From: a virus
Direction: 5' to 3' (one strand)
IMG/VR virus record: IMGVR_UViG_3300042154_002686
Coordinates: 16,562 to 80,561 of that record
DNA length: 64,000 nucleotides
Shown: in pieces, positions 57,017-64,000 of the stretch
Layout: every line of letters starts with the position of its first letter
How positions within the stretch are numbered: position 1 is the stretch's first letter
Program-made: the position numbers and the translations under genes
Notes under the pieces: generated by a model
The model's database searches: none
Told to the model about the DNA's origin: nothing
What the model saw: only the letters and a program-made list of their open reading frames with translations

Positions 57017-57130
57017 GAAATTGGACGGCCCTTCGGATTCATTTATCCTGTTTCGCAGGTTTCTATGGTTTGACTCATTACGAGCCAAAATCATCCTCAT
57101 TGGCCTTGGGTTAATTACGCCCCATTATAT

Positions 57131-57205
57131 TGGTGGAGACTAAGGGAATCGAACCCTTACTGGGCGGATGCAAACCGCCCGTGCTACCATTATCACTAAG
57201 TCCCC
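57131..57205 (-). tRNA. tRNA-Ala(TGC)
   Basis: G3:U70 pair; encoded CCA. Confidence 0.93.
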
Positions 57206-57209
57206 AGAG

Positions 57210-57282
57210 TAAGGTAGACAGGGGTCGAACCTGCAACATCCAGTTTGGAAAACTGACACTCTGCCAATTGAGTTACTACCTC
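57210..57282 (-). tRNA. tRNA-Gly(TCC)
   Basis: Anticodon loop TT TCC AA. Confidence 0.85.
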
Positions 57283-57289
57283 GAAAAAA

Positions 57290-57374
57290 TAGAGAGAGAG
57301 GGATTCGAACCCACGGGAGTTTAACCTCCTCCTGTTTTCAAGACAGGTGCAATAAACCGCTCTGCCATCTCTCT
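57290..57374 (-). tRNA. tRNA-Ser(TGA)
   Basis: CT TGA AA loop; long variable arm. Confidence 0.9.
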
Positions 57375-57380
57375 AAAACA

Positions 57381-57461
57381 TTGGTGGTGTTGGAATCGAA
57401 CCAACCTTACAGTTACGCAACAGATTTACAGTCTGCCGTCCCTCCACGGAACATACCACCA
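57381..57461 (-). tRNA. tRNA-Tyr(GTA)
   Basis: CT GTA AA loop; atypical D-arm. Confidence 0.8.
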
Positions 57462-57467
57462 TAAAAG

Positions 57468-57541
57468 TATTGGAAGCGGGAGTCGAACCCGCAGTTGGAC
57501 ACATTTTAAGTGTGATGCGTCTGCCATTCCGCCATTCCAAC
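57468..57541 (-). tRNA. tRNA-Leu(TAA), short variable region
   Basis: CT TAA AA loop. Confidence 0.8.
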
Positions 57542-57547
57542 CAAATG

Positions 57548-57619
57548 CTGGGAGGGTGAGAGTCGAACTCACGACACACGGTTTTGGAGACCGCTGAACT
57601 ACCACTGTTCTACCTCCCA
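57548..57619 (-). tRNA. tRNA-Trp(CCA)
   Basis: CT CCA AA loop. Confidence 0.88.
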
Positions 57620-57624
57620 CAAAG

Positions 57625-57696
57625 TCACCCAGACAGGACTTGAACCTGCAAACCCCTGCTCCCAAAGCAGGTGCGATACCATTACGCTACTGGATG
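57625..57696 (-). tRNA. tRNA-Pro(TGG)
   Basis: TT TGG GA loop. Confidence 0.88.
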
Positions 57697-57700
57697 TAAA

Positions 57701-58144
57701 TTATACCGAGAACCAAAAGAACTTAGATTTTGGTATCTTGTAAAAGTATTCACTATCGTTGACGAACCTGTTGGGAGACTCCCTTGGAGTCGTCCCCTTG
57801 ACGATAGCCATGATTTCGCTTTCGTTGCATATGCCGATTTTCTTCAATGAGACCGACACGATTGCGTATTCATGGAGGGCATACCTTTTTGTGTCAAAGA
57901 ACTTAACCTTTCTTTGCAGAAAGTTTACATCTGCAAATGGGAACTCTTCTGTATTCCAAACCATCCTTCGTTCCACTTCTACGCACAGGCTATCATCTTC
58001 CGTAATTAAGTCAACACCGTATTTATCTGGATTGTCTATAAGCCTTATTCCAATACGGCCATACCACTCCTTTACGACCTCTCTTGCGGGAAGGTCGTTC
58101 TCGTCATGCAACTTCTGCTCGAATGGTTTGGATTTATTATTCAT
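57701..58144 (-). CDS. PD-(D/E)XK-like nuclease inside tRNA cluster
   Basis: NPDKYGVDL...VEVERR..W. Confidence 0.55.
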   Translation of the reverse strand: MNNKSKPFEQKLHDENDLPAREVVKEWYGRIGIRLIDNPDKYGVDLITEDDSLCVEVERRMVWNTEEFPFADVNFLQRKVKFFDTKRYALHEYAIVSVSLKKIGICNESEIMAIVKGTTPRESPNRFVNDSEYFYKIPKSKFFWFSV

Positions 58145-58148
58145 AAAG

Positions 58149-58224
58149 TGGTGGGCGTGGAGGGGGTCGAACCCTCGACTTAGCCCTTATAAAGAGCCCA
58201 CTCTAACCGCTGAGTTACACGCCC
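58149..58224 (-). tRNA. tRNA-Ile(TAT)
   Basis: Loop TT TAT AA; encoded CCA. Confidence 0.85.
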
Positions 58225-58229
58225 AGAAA

Positions 58230-58301
58230 TCAGCCCGCTTGGAATCGAACCAAGATTAATGGATTAGAAATCCACTGTTCTATCCGTTGAACTACGAGCC
58301 G
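58230..58301 (-). tRNA. tRNA-Arg(TCT)
   Basis: TT TCT AA loop. Confidence 0.88.
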
Positions 58302-58305
58302 TAAA

Positions 58306-58380
58306 TGGAGGTCTGTGACGGAGTTGAACCGACAACCGCCTGTTTACAAAACAGGTGTTCTACCATTGAACTAACAGACC
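58306..58380 (-). tRNA. tRNA-Thr(TGT)
   Basis: TT TGT AA loop; encoded CCA. Confidence 0.9.
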
Positions 58381-58440
58381 GTATCAAGGAACAAAAAGGG
58401 GGGCTTTCGCCCCCCATCGTTATTTATTGACTTCTGTCAA

Positions 58441-58866
58441 TTAGAAGGGAGCATCCTCGGACTGCTTGCCCTTGGAATACTTGCTCACCTTGAGGATAGA
58501 CTTCGCTTCACCGTCCTTGTTGGTATACGCTTCGCTCTTGAGCGAAATGTCCAACTTCATGCCGACAAAGGACTTGACGAAGTTGAAGAACTCGCCACTC
58601 TTGCTGAAGTCGAGTTCAGCACCATGCTCAATCTTCATGCCAGTGGCAACGATGAGTTGGTTGAGTCGCCAGTAGACGGTATCCTTATTAAGGAGGTCGT
58701 CCTTGACTTGACGGTTCTTGCTATCCTTGAAGGTAATGGTCGCCTTCTCGAAGCCTTGCTGGGTGAGGTTCTTTTCCACCGCTTCAACGACTACGGAGTA
58801 GTCGCCTTCTGCCGTGAAACGCTCGGGACGGTCTGAACTATTGAGGTCTACTTTGAACTTGGACAT
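58441..58866 (-). CDS. Single-stranded DNA-binding protein (DUF669-like)
   Basis: EGDY.V.V..VE, W.L..L..A.G, C-terminal EDAPF; next to RecE/RecT-like genes. Confidence 0.7.
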   Translation of the reverse strand: MSKFKVDLNSSDRPERFTAEGDYSVVVEAVEKNLTQQGFEKATITFKDSKNRQVKDDLLNKDTVYWRLNQLIVATGMKIEHGAELDFSKSGEFFNFVKSFVGMKLDISLKSEAYTNKDGEAKSILKVSKYSKGKQSEDAPF

Positions 58867-58869
58867 GTT

Positions 58870-59190
58870 TTACTTGGTGTGTTGGTTAATGGAAGGAGCA
58901 GTATGCACTGAAGCGGGCTTCTTGTCAAGCGTATTTTCGATACGCTTAACAGCAAGGCTGGTCTCGATAGTTGCGTAGATAGACCAAGCAGTGATTGCGG
59001 CAATCGTAAAGATTGCAACCGCATCAAGAACCTTTCGGCCACGATGGGTAATCGTGAAGAAAGGCTCCTTCTCGGGCTTTTCGTAAGTGTAGTGGTAGTC
59101 GTAGTAATAGTTATTAATCGACTCGTCCTTCTTCCAAGGGCAAGCGGACTTACCGTTGCACTTATCTTCGTTGTTCTTTTTTGTGGTCAT
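58870..59190 (-). CDS. Hypothetical membrane protein
   Basis: One TM segment. Confidence 0.6.
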   Translation of the reverse strand: MTTKKNNEDKCNGKSACPWKKDESINNYYYDYHYTYEKPEKEPFFTITHRGRKVLDAVAIFTIAAITAWSIYATIETSLAVKRIENTLDKKPASVHTAPSINQHTK

Positions 59191-59218
59191 GTGTGTATTA
59201 TGGGTTAGAGGTTATTCA

Positions 59219-60124
59219 TTATGTCAGCCAACTTGGCATTGTCAAGGAGTTAATTCCTTTTGAGTGAGAAGGATACTTGCCCGTGGCAATACAGTTAGCG
59301 AGAGTTTCAAGGAGACGCTGACGGATTTTGAACGCCTTGTCAAGACTTTGTTCATCAAGTTCGTAGAGAGCCACGCAGTGTGGGGGTTCGGACTCGACAG
59401 CAACAAATATAAAACGCTTTACGGGAAGGCCAGCGAGTCTGGCTGTCGCAATATAATGTGCGGCTTGCATCCAGTATCCAAGGCTCATAAACTTACGGGA
59501 GAATTCTTCCGCAGACGAGTCCTGTGTCGTTTTGAGGTCTACGATGACAGTGCCATCCATGGTCACAAGGTCAGCACGACACTTGCAAGCAATCTCAAGA
59601 CCCTTGACTTTTTCAACAGCCATAATGGACAGTTCGGCCTTGGCTGAATAATGCTTTAGATAAGGAATGACCTCTTCATTCTCAAAGACGGCCTTTGCCA
59701 TGCCCTTGGCAAGAATATCCTGTTCTGCCGTAATGATGGTTTTGCCAGTGTTTTCGCTGTGGAACTTCGTCCACCAATCAAGACTGACCTTGGCCTTGTC
59801 GGACGGCTCCTGTGCCTTGGTCTGGGACGCAGTGGGCTTCTTGGGAGCATCCTCTGGGATGACCGCAATTTCAGAAGCCCACTTCTCTGGCTCAAAGACA
59901 AGCGTATGAGTAGCCGTTCCAAGTGCCATGGCTTGGGTTGAGGGGTCGGGAGGGGAGTTCATCCACTGCCAGAAGTGTGCTGGAGATTTCTTGAGAGCCA
60001 TAAGCCCGCCCTTGGATAAACCCATGGTGCGGTGATATTGCGTGGAGTCAATGTTGGCATTAATTCCAGACGCAAGACCAGCGGAGTCTTGCTTGCCTCC
60101 GTTGTCGGTAGAGTAAGTTCCCAT
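59219..60124 (-). CDS. RecE/exonuclease VIII-like PD-(D/E)XK nuclease (DUF3799)
   Basis: SPAHF, LGTATH.L.FEP, KCRAD, VDLKTT, Y.MQAAHY, FVAVE..PPH. Confidence 0.88.
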   Translation of the reverse strand: MGTYSTDNGGKQDSAGLASGINANIDSTQYHRTMGLSKGGLMALKKSPAHFWQWMNSPPDPSTQAMALGTATHTLVFEPEKWASEIAVIPEDAPKKPTASQTKAQEPSDKAKVSLDWWTKFHSENTGKTIITAEQDILAKGMAKAVFENEEVIPYLKHYSAKAELSIMAVEKVKGLEIACKCRADLVTMDGTVIVDLKTTQDSSAEEFSRKFMSLGYWMQAAHYIATARLAGLPVKRFIFVAVESEPPHCVALYELDEQSLDKAFKIRQRLLETLANCIATGKYPSHSKGINSLTMPSWLT

Positions 60125-60125
60125 T

Positions 60126-60950
60126 TTACTTAATTGCTTCGAGGATGCCGATAATCTTTTCGGGGGCCGCAAGGATACGCTGTGCGGTCATGGCATCAAG
60201 GTCACGATAAGACTGACCAGCCTTGATGTATCCCTTCTCGGTAAGATACGATGAAGCCTTGGGTTCAAAACGCTGGAGGAGGCCATCCAGACGACCCTTG
60301 ACCGCACTCGCTGGGTCTTCAACGACCTCTACCTCTGAAATCTGAGCCGCAACAGGAACTGGCTTCGTAACAATGTTCTTTTCAACATTGCTGAAGTCAG
60401 AAACCTCTTCTGGGGTATAGATGCCAGCAACAATCTGGGGCATCAGAAGGCGGACGGCTTCAGAGATACAGCGAGCCGTAAGCATCTGGCGGGGGAACTT
60501 CTGCCAGTTAGCCTTAATCTTTCCAACACTACCAGCCACACCGTTCTTAACCATCTCGTCAAGCGAGACGGCAATCTCAACATCATTACCATCACAAGTC
60601 CAAGTGCCAGCCACACGCTTGTCGGAGCGTTCAGTCCACTTGACCTTACCACCAGAGGCGAGATAGCGACCCAGCATAGCATCGGCTCGCATCGTCAGTT
60701 TGCCTTCAATGATATGGTAAGTCTTGGCGAGTTCAAGGGGAGCCTTGCCTTCAGCGAGGCACTGCATGGCAAGAACCATGCCCTGCTCAACCTTGGTGCA
60801 ACCAAACATTCCAGAGCCAGAAATCATTTCTCCCATGACTTGAATGGCTTGCATGGGGTCGTTAATCTTATTGTAGAAAGAGGGAGCGGAAGGCTCCATA
60901 CTCTTTCGGGCTACTGGGAGGGTGTGTTCGTTGGTGTGTGTATCGTCCAT
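60126..60950 (-). CDS. RecT-like single-strand annealing protein
   Basis: HIIEGK, W.KFPRQML.AR.ISEA.R...P....GIYTPEE. Confidence 0.8.
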   Translation of the reverse strand: MDDTHTNEHTLPVARKSMEPSAPSFYNKINDPMQAIQVMGEMISGSGMFGCTKVEQGMVLAMQCLAEGKAPLELAKTYHIIEGKLTMRADAMLGRYLASGGKVKWTERSDKRVAGTWTCDGNDVEIAVSLDEMVKNGVAGSVGKIKANWQKFPRQMLTARCISEAVRLLMPQIVAGIYTPEEVSDFSNVEKNIVTKPVPVAAQISEVEVVEDPASAVKGRLDGLLQRFEPKASSYLTEKGYIKAGQSYRDLDAMTAQRILAAPEKIIGILEAIK

Positions 60951-61011
60951 ATTATTTGTGGTGTAAGGTTGTATCATTCAGAAAGGGTGACAGTTGTCAA
61001 GAGTAAAGGCC

Positions 61012-61275
61012 ATGAAAGAGATATCCGTGTTCGAGCCACAGGAAATAAACGGTTTCATAATCGAACCGCTATGCGTACCTTCTACGGAAAAAGCAATAAG
61101 TCAAACCGTGGCTGGTGCAACCAATTTGTTGTGGTTTTCGTTTAATCTTGCAATAGCAGACAATGACAGGGAACAGGCTGAACTCCTTTCAAAGATGATA
61201 AAGATGGTTATTACGGAAGAAATGGATGCTAATTTATACGGGGATATAGAGGACGCAATAAATAGCATTGACTAA
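61012..61275 (+). CDS. Hypothetical protein
   Basis: MKEISV...; divergent from RecT-like gene. Confidence 0.5.
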   Translation: MKEISVFEPQEINGFIIEPLCVPSTEKAISQTVAGATNLLWFSFNLAIADNDREQAELLSKMIKMVITEEMDANLYGDIEDAINSID

Positions 61276-61302
61276 CGCAAGCGGAAGTGCATCATGTATC
61301 GG

Positions 61303-61767
61303 ATGCACAAAACTATACTAAATACCCTCCTTCTCACCGTTGCTGTTTCTGGATACGCTGTATCCCCAGAAATGCTTAAGGCTGTCGCCATGGTTGAGTC
61401 ATCCAATAACCCCAAGGCTGTCGGAGACAGCGGTAAAGCCCTTGGCATGTATCAGTTACACAAGCCCGCTTGGGAACAAATCAGCCAACAGCGTGAGAAG
61501 GCTGGCCTCAAGACTTGGTCGTGGTCTTACGCTCTTGACAAGGACATTTCTGCCATCTATGCTTCCGCATACATGGATTGGCTATCTGATGGACTTAAGA
61601 AGCGTATCGGGCGAAACCCCGAGCCTTGGGAAGTCTATGCGGCTTATAACCGTGGACTTGGCGGGTTTGCAAAGGTAAACTACAAGTTCTCAAGCCTTCC
61701 TGCTCACACCCAAAAGGCATGCCAAAAGATAACCTCATTAACCCAAAATTCAAACCCGAAGCGGTAA
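61303..61767 (+). CDS. Lytic transglycosylase / lysozyme-like protein with signal sequence
   Basis: VESSNN..AVGD.G.A.GMYQL and AAYNRG motifs; hydrophobic N-terminus. Confidence 0.8.
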   Translation: MHKTILNTLLLTVAVSGYAVSPEMLKAVAMVESSNNPKAVGDSGKALGMYQLHKPAWEQISQQREKAGLKTWSWSYALDKDISAIYASAYMDWLSDGLKKRIGRNPEPWEVYAAYNRGLGGFAKVNYKFSSLPAHTQKACQKITSLTQNSNPKR

Positions 61768-62246
61768 GGTTTGTTTCTATTGACAGCGGAACACATGGGG
61801 CAATCTGCTCATGTTCTTATGTCGATGGAAAAATAACTTTATATAAACTAAATGGACTTAACCCTTCTGAACTCCTCCCACTCCTTGATGCGGCTCTTGG
61901 TGACTTGGCTACCCTTGACTGCGTTATCATTGAACAACCTCCGTATTTCATGGGGACTATGATACCATCGGCTCGAATAGCATTGCTATTTGAGTCTTTT
62001 GGTATCCTTGTCGGTTACCTCATGGCGAGGGGGGTGCAGGTTGTTAGAGTCACGCCAAAGGCGTGGCAAAAGAGGCTGAACGACCACCTCGGTACAAGAG
62101 GTAAGCAAAAACATGCACAATGGAAAAAAGTTTTAACGGATTACGCAAAATCACGATATGCTGGAACAGTTGGATTAACTGGACAGACTTCAGATGCCCT
62201 GCTTATTGCGGAGTGGTGGACTAATGAAGGAATTTTCAACAAATGA
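61719..62246 (+). CDS. RuvC-like Holliday junction resolvase
   Basis: IDSG..GAI, IIEQ, V.PK.WQK, DALLIA; start uncertain. Confidence 0.8.
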   Translation: MPKDNLINPKFKPEAVRFVSIDSGTHGAICSCSYVDGKITLYKLNGLNPSELLPLLDAALGDLATLDCVIIEQPPYFMGTMIPSARIALLFESFGILVGYLMARGVQVVRVTPKAWQKRLNDHLGTRGKQKHAQWKKVLTDYAKSRYAGTVGLTGQTSDALLIAEWWTNEGIFNK

Positions 62247-62533
62247 AAAGAACGCCATTAAAAAGAGGCACAAAGCGACTTAAGCCAGTGTCAAAGAAGC
62301 GTAGCAAGCAAAACGCAGTCTATACTTCGATAAGAAAAGAGTTTATAGCACAGCACCCAAAGTGTCAAGTGTGTGAGATGATTCCCTCAGACCAAATCCA
62401 CCACCGCAGAGGCCGATGGGGCGAGCGTCTTAATGAATCTGAGTTTTTCCTTGCGGTATGCCACCCGTGTCATGTGAAGATTCACAATGACCCAGCGTGG
62501 GCGTACTCACACGGATTTCTTCTTAAGAGATAA
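62243..62533 (+). CDS. HNH-like endonuclease
   Basis: CQVC, IHHRRGR, AVCHPCHVKIH. Confidence 0.75.
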   Translation: MKRTPLKRGTKRLKPVSKKRSKQNAVYTSIRKEFIAQHPKCQVCEMIPSDQIHHRRGRWGERLNESEFFLAVCHPCHVKIHNDPAWAYSHGFLLKR

Positions 62534-62674
62534 CTCTTTAATCGCCTTCTTTCGAGCGTCTTGAAGGATTTCATCCTTCTGTTCGTCTGTTAGGTTTGGT
62601 AACTGGACGAAGAACCTGTCAAGTTCTACTCTTAGTTTTCTTGTTACTTCTTTGTATTTTGCTTGTTTTCCCAT
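62507..62674 (-). CDS. Hypothetical peptide
   Basis: MGKQAKYK...; overlaps both neighbours. Confidence 0.35.
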   Translation of the reverse strand: MGKQAKYKEVTRKLRVELDRFFVQLPNLTDEQKDEILQDARKKAIKELSLKKKSV

Positions 62675-63023
62675 AAATAGAATAATTGACTCCTTTTTGT
62701 GAGCCGTAAGGTGCTGTTTTAAAGTTTCGGTTATATCTTGCACCAAGAGAATAAATGGTATAAATACTTGTTCCAAGCATGTCAGCCGCTTCTCTTGCCG
62801 TGTACTTCATCGTGTCCATGCCGAGCAGTTGCTCTTTTAGCATCCCACGCATTATCCTTGGTGACTCGGATATAAGCCTTGTGTTAATTCTGCTTGCGGA
62901 CGAGCGTAGCGAACTAACGCTCTTACCCGTTATCCTGCTTATCTCCTCAACGGTCAAGCCCTCCTCCTGTGCCATCTTAACGGCTCTAAGGGTTGACCCC
63001 TGCTTGGGCCCGTTTTTAGCCAT
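62619..63023 (-). CDS. Double-HTH DNA-binding protein, tandem paralog
   Basis: TVEEISRITGKS..SLRS and YTAREAADMLGTS.YTIYS. Confidence 0.75.
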   Translation of the reverse strand: MAKNGPKQGSTLRAVKMAQEEGLTVEEISRITGKSVSSLRSSASRINTRLISESPRIMRGMLKEQLLGMDTMKYTAREAADMLGTSIYTIYSLGARYNRNFKTAPYGSQKGVNYSIYGKTSKIQRSNKKTKSRT

Positions 63024-63372
63024 TGGCGGACGACCTCACATGTTTCTGTGAGCCATAATCCGCTTTCTTAAGAGGGAGGTCGCTTCTTGTGCAAAGAGAA
63101 TATATAGTGTACTTGCTTGCATTAAACATCTGAGCAATCTCACCTGCGGTGTATTGGGATGTATCAATGCTAAATAGTTTATTCTTAAGGCTACCCCAAG
63201 GTGCTCTATTGAATTCTGATTTTAATTTTATTCCAACACGGCCACCAGAAGACCTTATTGCAGACCGAGACTTTCCAGTAACCCTTGACAATTCTTGCAA
63301 GGTAGTGCCATCCCTCTCTGCGAGAAGAACAGCGAGCAAGGTTTCACCTTGCTTGTATCCAGAATTACCCAT
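63016..63372 (-). CDS. Double-HTH DNA-binding protein, tandem paralog
   Basis: TLQELSRVTGKS..AIRS and YTAGEIAQMFNAS.YTIYS. Confidence 0.75.
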   Translation of the reverse strand: MGNSGYKQGETLLAVLLAERDGTTLQELSRVTGKSRSAIRSSGGRVGIKLKSEFNRAPWGSLKNKLFSIDTSQYTAGEIAQMFNASKYTIYSLCTRSDLPLKKADYGSQKHVRSSANG

Positions 63373-63634
63373 TGTGCCTGTTGGTTACTTCAATAGACTT
63401 AAGTCTATTTATTTCAGCCCTTGCGGATTCCAGTTCTTTCTGCATCTTAAACGAACGGTCATCTTTGTCAAATATAATCTTTGAATAGTTTTCCAGAAGA
63501 CGCTTTGCACCATCAGACCATTCTGTAAGTTTCTTTAAATCTTCCTTAAGCATTGCGTTTTCGTTTCTCAACTCAATTGCAATATTGGCGTTTTCAATCG
63601 CCTTACGCTTCATTGGATGGTCTGGAAATGTCAT
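63365..63634 (-). CDS. Coiled-coil hypothetical protein
   Basis: Overlapping operon arrangement. Confidence 0.55.
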   Translation of the reverse strand: MTFPDHPMKRKAIENANIAIELRNENAMLKEDLKKLTEWSDGAKRLLENYSKIIFDKDDRSFKMQKELESARAEINRLKSIEVTNRHNG

Positions 63635-63965
63635 TTAGTTGTTTAAGTCTTTGGTAAGCAAGCACACGCTCTCCAAGCAGTTGGTTATCAATAATTAGAC
63701 CATCTATCTGGTCTTTTAGCATCATCGTGTTAGTCCTGTGTACATTTCTTTCGCCTTTAATTATTTCGTTGACCAAATGATAGTTATCTTGGCCTTCAGC
63801 CAACTCCCTGCGAAGGTGCTTTACCTCTTCTTGCAACTGTTCGTTTGGGATGATGGTGCGTGTGCAGAAGTCCATCAGCCGCTCGACCTCGGCCTTGAGG
63901 CGGGCGTTCTCGGCAATAGTATCATCGAACAATGCTCGGTTGAACTGTGCGTGTAGTTCACTCAC
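63603..63965 (-). CDS. Coiled-coil hypothetical protein
   Basis: ENARLKAEVERL. Confidence 0.55.
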   Translation of the reverse strand: MSELHAQFNRALFDDTIAENARLKAEVERLMDFCTRTIIPNEQLQEEVKHLRRELAEGQDNYHLVNEIIKGERNVHRTNTMMLKDQIDGLIIDNQLLGERVLAYQRLKQLNDISRPSNEA

Positions 63966-64000
63966 ATCGACACGGAGGCTTGCCAGACGATACCGCTCGG

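Noticed and set aside
1-64000. Alternative genetic code
   Set aside because: Standard-code ORFs are long and tile the region, and no suppressor tRNA was found

Overview
This is 64 kb of a tailed dsDNA phage with a lambda-like siphovirus layout; the host cannot be determined from the sequence. (1) 1-26.1 kb, minus strand: tail, head and packaging genes (tape measure, major capsid, scaffold, S49 protease, lambda-type portal, GpA terminase, Nu1-like small terminase), a sigma4-like HTH protein and a primase-helicase. (2) 26.2-56.5 kb, mostly plus strand: about 90 small genes arranged as self-contained cassettes. About 52 units, counted by eye, start with a same-strand GGGTAGG-type heptamer. It usually follows an intrinsic terminator and typically lies 75-80 nt before a leaderless ATG. 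The array holds ArdA-, ArdC- and DUF932-like genes, duplicated and chimeric cassettes, paired TGAAC-N4-GTTCA palindromes and at least three promoter-driven structured RNAs with no convincing ORF. (3) 56.5-64 kb: 11 tRNAs, HNH nucleases, SSB-, RecE-, RecT- and RuvC-like recombination genes and a lytic transglycosylase. The best candidate for a new system is the heptamer-punctuated, shuffled cassette array. Second is a five-member family of late proteins sharing an N-terminal domain that may anchor them to the capsid. All counts, alignments and RNA structures were made by eye; no database searches were run.
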